Positions 7,965 to 16,214 are shown, numbered from the stretch's first letter. The stretch is DNA of 36,354 nt from an uncultured Bdellovibrio sp. (GCA_937871355.1 CALMPX010000206.1:1-36354); one strand, 5' to 3'. The notes: generated by a model not told the origin, from the letters alone. Program-made: numbers and translations.

Positions 7965-9407
7965 ATGACTTCCAAACCCACTAAAGCCAAAAATGAAGCT
8001 TTCGATAATATTTTTAATGCTATTAAAAACATTATCTTTATTTTCTCTCAGGCATTGCTCGAAATATGTTATGGCATTAAAAATGGCGCGATCCCCTATG
8101 GACCACCCGTCATTTGGAGTGCTTTATTCAATCTAGCTGTGATTTTCAAAATTGATCAGAAGATATTTAGACTTTGCAAAATGGACTTTCTATATCCAGG
8201 TACATTTATTGTATTTGTAATCTATTCCATTACGGGCGCAAGTCTTGGTTTCATCGCATGGGGACTCATTCAATCAAAAAGAAAATCTCGTATGATGCAG
8301 AATTTAACTGAATGTTTTATCAACAGTGGTCTTAAAAGCGCTACCGGCAAGCTCCCTGGTTTTATTTCAGATCTTCCTGTGGATGAATTTGTACGTGAAC
8401 TGATCGTGACAAATGCCTTTCAGCCATTAAGTAAGTTTAAAGAAGTTCAAAATCAAATTGGCTCCGCTTTAAAGATTTATGTCGATGATATTACAGAGAA
8501 CCGTGCGAGTGGTACTATTCACATCTTATATTCGCATAAACAAATTCCACGGATGTTCGAGCTTGGAGAAAATATTTTCCAACCCAAGCACCAATTTGTT
8601 ATAGGAAAAAATAGAATAAAAACGGTCTTCACCGATTTAGTCCAAACTCCTCATTTATTAATCGGTGGCCAAACTGGTGGTGGTAAATCGACTTTTTTGA
8701 GATCCTTAATAGCAACACTTTATAAGCAAAATACAAACTACGAATTTATTCTGATTGATATGAAAGGTGGTTTAGAATTTCAGCTTTTTGAAAATCGAAA
8801 ACGGATTACAGTCATTTCAAATATTAAGAATGTTAAGGAAAGACTAACATCATTGGATAGATTACTGGAGGAAAGATTTCTGCTGCTCAAAGAAAACCAG
8901 TGCAAGGATTTAGAAGCGTATTCAAAAATTGATTCTGATAAAATTAAAGTTCCTAAATCTATCGCTAGCATTCATCACAGAGCCATGAATCGCCTAGTTG
9001 TTGTCATTGATGAGGCCGCAGAATTATTTTTATCAAGTTCCAGATCAACGATTTCAGATACACAAGATATGGTTCGGAAAGTTATTCGTTTAGCTGCTCA
9101 AGGACGTGCTGTTGGTATTCATTTGGTTATTGCAACACAAAAGCCTGATTCAAATGCCATCAACACTCAAATTAAAGCCAACTTAACTGGAATCATCTCG
9201 TTTCCCATGTCTACATTAGGTGCGAGTATGTCGATTCTTGGTAATGGGCGAGCTAAAGAACTTCCTAATATTCCAGGACGCGCCATTTGGAAAAATGGTT
9301 TAGACCAATTTGAAGTGCAGACACCTTATATTAGCCCTGATCAAGTAAAACTAGAGCTGGACAAAATCTCACCGCTTAAAGATGAAGAAACACATGAAAA
9401 AATCTAA
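7965..9407 (+). CDS. Membrane-anchored FtsK/SpoIIIE-family ATPase (candidate coupling protein / DNA translocase)
   Basis: N-terminal TM helices; PHLLIGGQTGGGKS, ILIDMKGG.EF, VVVIDEAAE, GRAVGIHLVIATQKP. Confidence 0.9.
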   Translation: MTSKPTKAKNEAFDNIFNAIKNIIFIFSQALLEICYGIKNGAIPYGPPVIWSALFNLAVIFKIDQKIFRLCKMDFLYPGTFIVFVIYSITGASLGFIAWGLIQSKRKSRMMQNLTECFINSGLKSATGKLPGFISDLPVDEFVRELIVTNAFQPLSKFKEVQNQIGSALKIYVDDITENRASGTIHILYSHKQIPRMFELGENIFQPKHQFVIGKNRIKTVFTDLVQTPHLLIGGQTGGGKSTFLRSLIATLYKQNTNYEFILIDMKGGLEFQLFENRKRITVISNIKNVKERLTSLDRLLEERFLLLKENQCKDLEAYSKIDSDKIKVPKSIASIHHRAMNRLVVVIDEAAELFLSSSRSTISDTQDMVRKVIRLAAQGRAVGIHLVIATQKPDSNAINTQIKANLTGIISFPMSTLGASMSILGNGRAKELPNIPGRAIWKNGLDQFEVQTPYISPDQVKLELDKISPLKDEETHEKI

Positions 9408-10287
9408 ATTTGCGATCACTGATGATGACTACACACTTTTAATGAATCTTTGGCGCTGGAAAATTTTAACCACTTCAATGATTCACTCGTCTATTTACAA
9501 GCACAGAACACTCACCGCCTGTTATAAAAGGCTGAACCGTCTGGAGCATAATAAATATATAGAATCCTTTAGCTCAAGAGATTCAAAAAGATGGTTTTGG
9601 CAATTAACAGATAAAGGTTACAAAGTTCTGAATTTTGAAGAGATACAAATAAATCAAGTTGGCTTCAAGTCTGAGCATAAAGATCACGATTTTCTAGTGA
9701 CGTTGTTTCACTTTGGAATCGAGCAGTCATTTTTAAACTCTGATAGTGGTATTTACTCTGAGCAGGAATTACGTCGAATAGAGCTTGAAAGTTATCCTGA
9801 TTGGGTTCCCCATACCCAACAACACCGACCCGATGGCTATTTTAAAACTGATTTATCACTTACTAATGATAAATCACTGGTAGCGATCGAAGTGGAACTC
9901 AATTTAAAATCGGCTCAAAACTACATAGATCTAGGCCGCTTTTACACAGATACATTAGGAATTCATCAGGTTCTTTGGCTTGTTAAAACCGAAGCCGAGG
10001 CTCTGTTTATACAGAAAAACTTAATGAAAGGCTCAAGTAATAAAGCTATTGAACATAGCTTTATTACTATAAGCCAATGGCTTCATCAGCTTTGGCAAAC
10101 CGAAATTACCCTTGGCAAAAACCACAAACAAAATATTGAAAATATATTTGGTACCATTCCGGTACTTCCACGGTCCCCTGTACCCGACAAGGTGCTTTTT
10201 GAATTTAGAAAAAAGCTAATGAATTCGACTGTTCATACAAATCAAATAAAATCGGTTTCAGCGGTCAATAAGATTATAGGTTACTAA
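9382..10287 (+). CDS. Replication-relaxation (Replic_Relax)-like protein: wHTH + PD-(D/E)XK-like domain
   Basis: N-terminal wHTH (YKRLNRLEHNKYI...WQLTDKG), HKDHD, RPDGY, VAIEVELNLKS; overlaps the FtsK gene. Confidence 0.72.
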   Translation: MKKHMKKSKFAITDDDYTLLMNLWRWKILTTSMIHSSIYKHRTLTACYKRLNRLEHNKYIESFSSRDSKRWFWQLTDKGYKVLNFEEIQINQVGFKSEHKDHDFLVTLFHFGIEQSFLNSDSGIYSEQELRRIELESYPDWVPHTQQHRPDGYFKTDLSLTNDKSLVAIEVELNLKSAQNYIDLGRFYTDTLGIHQVLWLVKTEAEALFIQKNLMKGSSNKAIEHSFITISQWLHQLWQTEITLGKNHKQNIENIFGTIPVLPRSPVPDKVLFEFRKKLMNSTVHTNQIKSVSAVNKIIGY

Positions 10288-10303
10288 TCAAAATGGAGAA
10301 AAT

Positions 10304-10552
10304 TTGAAAATAATAAAAAATGGTATTAACATAATACTATACTTGAATGTATTGGCACTTGTATCTTGTACGACACCTAATAAGGATACTCTTCCGAATG
10401 CTGGTCAACGTAACAAGAATGATAACAAATCACCTTTTCTAACCGCTCCCAAAGTCAGAAAAGTTTGGATTCCAGAAAAAATTGAAAATGATAAATTTAT
10501 TGAAGGTCATTATATGTGGATCTTAGAAAAAACTTCTTCATGGAGTCAGTAA
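10304..10552 (+). CDS. TraV/VirB7-like small lipoprotein
   Basis: Lipobox LVSC; PKVRKVWIP...GHYMW; TTG start with GGAG RBS. Confidence 0.65.
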   Translation: MKIIKNGINIILYLNVLALVSCTTPNKDTLPNAGQRNKNDNKSPFLTAPKVRKVWIPEKIENDKFIEGHYMWILEKTSSWSQ

Positions 10553-10554
10553 AT

Positions 10555-10977
10555 ATGGAAAACAAAAAACAAAATAAGAAAATAGACCGGATCTTAATTG
10601 ATCCAAGTAATATGCAAATACTTAATGATATTGCTCACCAGGTTCAACGAGAACTTGGTGAAACAATTAGTGTAAATTCAAAGATCATCTGTAACTTCTT
10701 AATTAAGCTTCGGATTAGCCCTCTTTCTCAGGAAGAACTCCAACTGCTTAGGACTGAAAATCAGGATATAGTTAAAACTTTGCGCAATGTTACTCAAGAA
10801 GCAATTAGAGCAAGAAAAAACGGACTGGACTTCAATTTAAATGATGTGAGCAAAATTCTTGAGACACTCAGTGTTAAAGACAAATCTATTGCGACAAAGA
10901 CCTTTAAATCGAAGAAATCTCAAAAACCGCAAAATTCAAAAGACTCAGGCGATTTGTCGCTACCAGAGCCAGGCTAG
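10555..10977 (+). CDS. Hypothetical protein (possible element regulator)
   Basis: ATG at 10555 directly after the previous stop is preferred over 10516; basic and helical. Confidence 0.6.
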   Translation: MENKKQNKKIDRILIDPSNMQILNDIAHQVQRELGETISVNSKIICNFLIKLRISPLSQEELQLLRTENQDIVKTLRNVTQEAIRARKNGLDFNLNDVSKILETLSVKDKSIATKTFKSKKSQKPQNSKDSGDLSLPEPG

Positions 10978-11065
10978 GAATAAAAATGATGGAATACGAG
11001 TTAACATTTAATGATGTAAATTCCATACGAATAATCTATAAAAAAATATCTTTTTTGTTTTCAAA

Positions 11066-11311
11066 TTGAGTAGTATAAATAAAGTAAATGATGAAGTTCA
11101 AACTTCATCATTGCTCTTTGAAAATAAAATAGAACCCATATGGGTTTCTACGAAGGTAGCCGCTAACATTCTAGGAATTTCTTCAAACGCTTTGCGAATT
11201 AGAAAATTCCGAAATCAAATTGAATGTCGGTATTTCGGAAATCAACTTAGATTTAATGTAGGTTATTTGAACTCCTTAATTCGCGTTGAGCGAAAAAAAG
11301 GAGAAGGTTAA
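11066..11311 (+). CDS. Excisionase-like (MerR/AlpA-type HTH) protein
   Basis: WVSTKVAANILGISSNALR...I...FGNQLRF; directly upstream of the integrase. Confidence 0.75.
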   Translation: MSSINKVNDEVQTSSLLFENKIEPIWVSTKVAANILGISSNALRIRKFRNQIECRYFGNQLRFNVGYLNSLIRVERKKGEG

Positions 11312-11314
11312 TCT

Positions 11315-12406
11315 ATGAGTATAAGAAAATTGATCGTCGATGGAAAGCCTACGTATGAAGTCTTTATCAAAATTCGAGATAAAGCAGGAAAACAGTTAGC
11401 AAAACGGAAACGCTTTGACACTGAAAAGGAAGCAAAAAGAGCTGAATTTGAAATCCTGCAAGAACTCGAAGGACACAAAACAAAAGTTACTTGGAAAGCC
11501 TGGGTAGAGCGAGTACTTGAAAAGTATAAAGTTGAATATGTAAATTCAACATACTTAAACTATAAGTATTGTTTGAATAAGTGGTTTGATCCGATTTGGA
11601 ATGATAAATTCCTTGAAGACATCAAGCCAAGCGATGTTCATTATGCAGTATTTGAAGGTTGTACTGTTTCCTCAAGTTATACAAAACGTGGTCTACTTAA
11701 AATTGTAAAAAGAGTTTTTGGTCTGGCTATTGTGGAAGGGATTCTCGTGCGGAATCCCGCTGTGGGAATTCGAGTAAAATGTGCGGAAGCAAACCAAGGT
11801 GTACTCAATCGAAAAGAAGTTGAAATTCTTCTTACGGAAGCCCGGCGCACTGACCATCGCTTTTTTCTACATTGGACACTGGCAATACTCACGGGGATGA
11901 GGTCTGGCGAATTGTTCAGCCTACGTTGGACTGATGTTGATTTCGTTTCAGGCATCATCAGCGTGAACAAAGCTTGGACAAGATATAATGGCGAGGGATC
12001 GACAAAAACTGCTAAAAACCGAATAGTGCCTATGTCGAAGGAGTGTCGAAAATTTCTTGAAGAAGTTAAACTTAAGTACTCAAGTTCTTCAGAATACGTT
12101 CTGCCTAAAATTTGGGAATGGATGCAAGGAGAGCAAGCTAAGGTACTAAAAAACTTCTGCAACGAGATTGGGATCACCCCTATCAAATTCCATGATTTGA
12201 GGGCTACTTTCATTACGCAGATGCTCAACAACGGTGTTCCATTGTCGAAGGTTATGGCCATAGTTGGACACTCTTCGATTAAGACAACTCAAGGGTACTT
12301 GAGACTCTCCGGAAAGGATGTCGAGGGAGCCACGGAAGATTTGAATATAACAGTACCAGCATTTCAAGAGCATTCAGACAATGTCGTCTCTTTATTTCCC
12401 GGCTAG
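11315..12406 (+). CDS. int: Tyrosine recombinase / integrase
   Basis: TGMRSGEL, TKT, FHDLRATF, VGHSS, TTQGY all present; N-terminal arm-binding-like domain. Confidence 0.96.
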   Translation: MSIRKLIVDGKPTYEVFIKIRDKAGKQLAKRKRFDTEKEAKRAEFEILQELEGHKTKVTWKAWVERVLEKYKVEYVNSTYLNYKYCLNKWFDPIWNDKFLEDIKPSDVHYAVFEGCTVSSSYTKRGLLKIVKRVFGLAIVEGILVRNPAVGIRVKCAEANQGVLNRKEVEILLTEARRTDHRFFLHWTLAILTGMRSGELFSLRWTDVDFVSGIISVNKAWTRYNGEGSTKTAKNRIVPMSKECRKFLEEVKLKYSSSSEYVLPKIWEWMQGEQAKVLKNFCNEIGITPIKFHDLRATFITQMLNNGVPLSKVMAIVGHSSIKTTQGYLRLSGKDVEGATEDLNITVPAFQEHSDNVVSLFPG

Positions 12407-12492
12407 ACAGTACAGGTAACATTATGGTAACATGGGTTTGATTTTTAACGTAATTTCAATGGGTTAGTCTATAGAAGACTTACCCATCCAAA
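12407..12492 (+). repeat. Candidate attR module: two GGTAACAT arm-type repeats, IHF-like site, palindromic core
   Basis: GGTAACAT at 12415-12422 and 12426-12433; TTTCAA-TGGG-TTA at 12454-12466; TGGGT-T-AGTCT-ataga-AGACT-T-ACCCA palindrome. Confidence 0.7.
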
Positions 12493-12512
12493 TTTCCTTC
12501 TCGAAATTTGGA
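12487..12512. terminator. Stem-loop between the convergent integrase and 12600..12917 genes
   Basis: TCCAAATTTC-cttctc-GAAATTTGGA, perfect 10-bp stem. Confidence 0.5.
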
Positions 12513-12599
12513 TAAAAAATAACCCAAAACAATGTCAAATAGATAGCGAATTTCCCCTCTGAAAACAAAACAAAGGTAGTTGTGGTTCTACGGTTCTAA

Positions 12600-12917
12600 C
12601 TATTCTTCTTCGCAAGTTAAATTAGCTTTAGGATGAGCATGGTTATATTCGTCTACTCGTGAGCTTAGAGTATCTTCACAAGTTGCTTGAGCTGCCTCAG
12701 CGTAGTCTGAAGCACCTACACAATCACTAATGTCTTCAAAGTCTCCATTTTCGATACCTTCGTCGCACATGAGAGATACGCAATCATCTTCGGCTAGCTG
12801 AACGAGCTTTTGACAGATAGCAGCCTTAGTCACTTTTTCTTTTGGTTGGTGTTTTGCTTTTTGTGCAAAGGCCGTTGTCGAAATTAATGCTAGGCCTATT
12901 AAAAATATTTTTTTCAT
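12600..12917 (-). CDS. Small secreted six-cysteine protein
   Basis: Signal peptide MKKIFLIGLALISTTAFA; 6 Cys; RBS AAGGA. Confidence 0.8.
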   Translation of the reverse strand: MKKIFLIGLALISTTAFAQKAKHQPKEKVTKAAICQKLVQLAEDDCVSLMCDEGIENGDFEDISDCVGASDYAEAAQATCEDTLSSRVDEYNHAHPKANLTCEEE

Positions 12918-13200
12918 AGTATTTCCTTAGTTAAATGATACCGCTCCAAAGTTTGTGGGATTAATTTCCCATGTTATTCAAACGAAACGATTCTTATTAT
13001 GGTGGTAATATAACTGAAATACTTTTAAATCATAGATGTCAGGATTTTTGACATGTAATGATTTCTAAAAGAACCGAATTGCACCCATATAAATCTGGCA
13101 TATTTTGCCCTTTTCTATACCCAGCATATCTATATTCCTGATCGCATTATGAGGTGTAGTTCGCTTAGCAAACGTCGTTCAGCATAAGCGAAAGTGATTT

Positions 13201-13286
13201 ACAGCCATGGCAACGCTTTGGTATCCTCGAATTAGGATATTCAACAAAATCAATGGGCTACTCGATAGGCGAGTAACCCCTCCAAA
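13201..13286 (+). repeat. Degenerate second copy of the 12407-12492 att-like module
   Basis: Same length and layout; 29/37 identity between 13250-13286 and 12456-12492; palindrome preserved. Confidence 0.7.
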
Positions 13287-13312
13287 ACCTCTCTCTTTTA
13301 GAAACTAAAAAA

Positions 13313-13627
13313 ATGTCAGACTCAAATTCAGACCGTAAATTACCAAAACCGCGTAATAATAAATATCCTCCGGCAAAAGTTACACTCGAAATGATGGTTC
13401 GTGCACTCGTTGAAGAGTACGGCTGGGCTGATCTTGGTCAGAAGATTTTTATTAAATGTTTCAACGAAAACCCGAGCTTGAAATCAAGTATGATTTTTTT
13501 AAAACAGACCGAATGGGCCCGGCTTACCGTTGAGGATTTGTATTACTGGCGCTTTGGTGGTCGACCGGCGGATTGGGTGGGGCCTGCGCCACGGCCCCAT
13601 GATGATGGGAATTCGGGGCGCGATTAG
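13313..13627 (+). CDS. VF530-family (DUF2132) DNA-binding protein
   Basis: VTLE....LVEEYGW..LG..I.IKCF..NPS.KSS..FL..T.WAR..VE.LY. Confidence 0.88.
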   Translation: MSDSNSDRKLPKPRNNKYPPAKVTLEMMVRALVEEYGWADLGQKIFIKCFNENPSLKSSMIFLKQTEWARLTVEDLYYWRFGGRPADWVGPAPRPHDDGNSGRD

Positions 13628-13677
13628 ATTTTGATGCGATCATTCTAAGAATCACCGCAGATAGAACCACTTCGCGA

Positions 13678-15003
13678 CTATTCGCAAAGTGGTTTTTCTA
13701 TTCCGTCATAACCTTTAAATTCATGCCAAGACAAAGGTGTGCAACGAAAACCAAGCAATTGTGATTTTAATACTTTAGCAAAATGAACAGCTTGAACATC
13801 ATCCGAGTACTTCGACAAGCGTTCGATCACTTGTAATATATCTGCAACACTCCAATCATCAATGGCGCGATAGTTAATTTTATAACGGTCGTTAAGATCA
13901 CTCCATTCTAGTCCCCACGTTAAATAAAAATTTTGCTTAACAGAAACGAAAAATCTCATGAAAAAGGCTTGGTCTTTTAATTTTTGAGCTAAAATAGGAC
14001 CCACTTTTTCATTCAGACAATGTTGGTTATTTTGAAAAGCTGTATAAATGTTTAATAAATCCTGATGGCCTTGCGCTGTCGTATCTAAACGCTTTCCCGT
14101 CAAATAAGATTGAAGCAAATCTTCCCAGGCATAAAAATCTTTATTATTAAAAGCTGCGCATGATTGAGATGAATCATCAAATGTTACAAACTTTTTCTCT
14201 GGCGCTGTTCCTAAATAAAGGTACTTCGCTCCATTGAGATTAATAAAGATTCCCAACTTCTTATCAGAAGCTTGAACTTTAATATTTTCCAACTCTGACT
14301 GCAATTGCGCGAACGATAATTTACTTTTCTGAACTTGATTCGACAAATTAAGAACATTCTGAATGTATCTCGAACCACTTAAATCAGAATCAAGGTATCC
14401 TGTACCGGCATACCCCGCTATGACGACAACTTGAGGAAAGCTCTGTATAATTTTGCTTATTTCTAACTTCGTTACACTATAACAGCCCGCTAAAATAATC
14501 GTTTTCACCGTGCGGTGAATGAAAGGATGCTGATCTGCGATTTGAGCCAAATAATTTGTCGGTAATCCTTCAGTTGACGTAATTCCGGCTCCGTACCATG
14601 ACCCATCGGTTGAATGATGACCCGAAATAATAAGAGTTGTTAAATTTCCCTGATTTTTTTCCAATTCTGACAAATACTGATCGACTTCAGTGACACCACT
14701 TTTTAAATTTCTCATCATTTCGCGATCGACTTCGATTTTTTGAGTGTACAAGGTCACGTGCTCATTCAGGCTGGTTTTATCCATTTTTTCTTTAAACTCA
14801 TCACTTTTATTTTTTAAATCCCATAAAGTCCGCGCATTACTGGGAACGATGGTCAAATTATAATTATTTTTCTGGGTCCAACGGTCTACCGTTTGCGCTT
14901 CATTTTGCGATAGATTAACATCGACAAACAACGCTTGTGGCGTGGTCTGCGAAAAGGCTTCTCGACAGAATATAAAGCTCAGACACAAAATCAATTTTTT
15001 CAT
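13678..15003 (-). CDS. Secreted protein with caspase/CHAT-like His-Cys motifs
   Basis: ATG at 15003 with GGAG RBS and signal peptide MKKLILCLSFIFCREAFS; LIISGHH and IILAGCYS motifs. Confidence 0.6.
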   Translation of the reverse strand: MKKLILCLSFIFCREAFSQTTPQALFVDVNLSQNEAQTVDRWTQKNNYNLTIVPSNARTLWDLKNKSDEFKEKMDKTSLNEHVTLYTQKIEVDREMMRNLKSGVTEVDQYLSELEKNQGNLTTLIISGHHSTDGSWYGAGITSTEGLPTNYLAQIADQHPFIHRTVKTIILAGCYSVTKLEISKIIQSFPQVVVIAGYAGTGYLDSDLSGSRYIQNVLNLSNQVQKSKLSFAQLQSELENIKVQASDKKLGIFINLNGAKYLYLGTAPEKKFVTFDDSSQSCAAFNNKDFYAWEDLLQSYLTGKRLDTTAQGHQDLLNIYTAFQNNQHCLNEKVGPILAQKLKDQAFFMRFFVSVKQNFYLTWGLEWSDLNDRYKINYRAIDDWSVADILQVIERLSKYSDDVQAVHFAKVLKSQLLGFRCTPLSWHEFKGYDGIEKPLCE

Positions 15004-15025
15004 AAAATTCTCCAGTCTCAATGAC

Positions 15026-15041
15026 TGCTAACTTTGTACCG
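15026..15041 (-). promoter_or_regulatory. Sigma54-like -24/-12 promoter for 13678..15003
   Basis: Minus strand CGGTACAAAGTTAGCA = GG-N10-GC, about 23 nt upstream of the ATG. Confidence 0.5.
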
Positions 15042-15058
15042 AACGAACTGAAATATAA

Positions 15059-15098
15059 GCGACTTCATCGTTTAAACATGTTTATGGTTTTTACACTC
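15059..15098. repeat. 40-bp direct repeat, copy 1 (copy 2 at 16172-16211)
   Basis: GCGACTTCATCGTTTAAACATGTTTATGGTTTTTACACTC; 35/40 identical to copy 2. Confidence 0.85.
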
Positions 15099-15192
15099 CT
15101 TTTACTTTTCGCCGGGATTGACATTCCGCGGCTCATTTTGATGCGCTTTAGACAGTTGATGGCCTTCATGTCGAATTAATTCAGTTTAATTC

Positions 15193-15208
15193 CGGAATTG
15201 GAATTGCT
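15193..15208 (+). promoter_or_regulatory. Sigma54-like promoter for 15284..15649
   Basis: CGGAATTGGAATTGCT = GG-N10-GC with TTGC. Confidence 0.45.
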
Positions 15209-15283
15209 TATATCAAATTCCAGGAGTCGTTCGTTTGCATAACAGGGAAATAAATTCCCCAAACAGAGGAACGGTATTATTTC

Positions 15284-15649
15284 ATGAAAACAATTATTGT
15301 ATCTAGTTTAGCAATTTTTTTCCTTTTCAATGTAAACATAGCCAACGCCTGTTCTTACAAGGTCGATAATGCGAAAAAATCAGTTGAATTAAAACAGGTT
15401 GCACTTGCAAGTCTAGGTGATTCAAAGGTGCTTTCATCTTCGATCAGCGATTTTTCATATATTGAAAGTAAACCAACCTTGGATTGTCCAGAGGAATTGA
15501 CTTATACTGCAATTGTTACTGTGTCGTATAAACATGGAATGAATACATGTACTGCCGAGCTTGCTGTAAAAAAAGTTGAAGCCCAAGGTGAAGCAGACCT
15601 AGATATTTATTCTGTGACAGGCAGAAAAAGTGCAAGCTGTAAAAAATAG
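15284..15649 (+). CDS. Secreted hypothetical protein (4 Cys)
   Basis: Signal peptide ending ANA; beta-rich mature part. Confidence 0.8.
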   Translation: MKTIIVSSLAIFFLFNVNIANACSYKVDNAKKSVELKQVALASLGDSKVLSSSISDFSYIESKPTLDCPEELTYTAIVTVSYKHGMNTCTAELAVKKVEAQGEADLDIYSVTGRKSASCKK

Positions 15650-15678
15650 ACAACATAATTTAAAATCAGGAGCATCAC

Positions 15679-16071
15679 ATGGATAAAAATTTTAAAAAAA
15701 TTATTTTAGTATCATCTTTTCTATTTCCAGCCATTTCATCAGCACAGTTAAAAGACGTTAATTTAGTCGTAAATATTTCTCCTCAGGTTGCTGGTCATTG
15801 TGAGGGAGGACTTTATGATTTAAATAAAAAATTTATAACTATTATAGGAAATGAAGATTTGAAAATTGACTTAGGAAGTACTCCTTTAAATGATCATGCT
15901 TTAAGAAGAACCTTAACTTTGACTTGCACCTACCCCGAAAAACACAAAGTTTCGTTTAAAATGAATGGTGAAAGTTCTGATCTTCACGAAGATGCTGTGA
16001 AATACCAAGGGACTCAAATACCAGATGGCCGATATGAACATGTTTATTATTTTACCAATTGGATAAAGTAG
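15679..16071 (+). CDS. Secreted hypothetical protein
   Basis: RBS AGGAG; signal peptide ending SSA; 2 Cys. Confidence 0.8.
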   Translation: MDKNFKKIILVSSFLFPAISSAQLKDVNLVVNISPQVAGHCEGGLYDLNKKFITIIGNEDLKIDLGSTPLNDHALRRTLTLTCTYPEKHKVSFKMNGESSDLHEDAVKYQGTQIPDGRYEHVYYFTNWIK

Positions 16072-16171
16072 CGAGACAGCCTCATTTGAGTTAGCTTTTC
16101 TTGGCTGTATACGTGAAATATAAAGCAATACCCATAGGGAAAAAAATCATGCCGAACTATATGAAATAGAG

Positions 16172-16211
16172 GCGATTTCGTCCTTTAAACGTGTTTATGG
16201 TTTATACACTC
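16172..16211. repeat. 40-bp direct repeat, copy 2
   Basis: GCGATTTCGTCCTTTAAACGTGTTTATGGTTTATACACTC, just beyond the mnmH stop. Confidence 0.85.
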
Positions 16212-16214
16212 TAT

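Larger units (their letters stand above)
227..12476 (+). mobile_element. Integrative conjugative-like element (~12.25 kb): T4SS + FtsK + replication-relaxation protein + Xis + tyrosine integrase
   Basis: Co-oriented, tightly packed virB-like genes ending in xis-int; 11-bp direct repeat AGTCTATAGAA at 227-237 and 12466-12476. The left boundary is less certain than the right. Confidence 0.8.

Noticed and set aside
1372-8971. Minus-strand ORFs at 1372, 1709, 4257, 5360, 6062 and 8780
   Set aside because: All overlap T4SS or FtsK genes on the opposite strand and have no independent evidence.
11677-12373. Antisense ORFs of 194 aa and 75 aa inside the integrase
   Set aside because: Opposite-strand shadows of a well-supported gene, with no motifs.
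11315-12406. Classical integron integrase
   Set aside because: No IntI-specific insertion is evident and the repeats lack the RYYYAAC...GTTRRRY attC layout; any cassette behaviour would be only analogous.
12415-12476. dif site or XerC/D identity of the recombinase
   Set aside because: No XerD arm TTATGTTAAAT; the protein has an arm-binding-like N-terminus and an adjacent xis, typical of element integrases.
13150-13215. GAGGTGTAGTTC... as a tRNA or tRNA fragment (integration target)
   Set aside because: No T-arm GTTCRA motif or acceptor stem; only a TTCGCTTA/TAAGCGAA hairpin.
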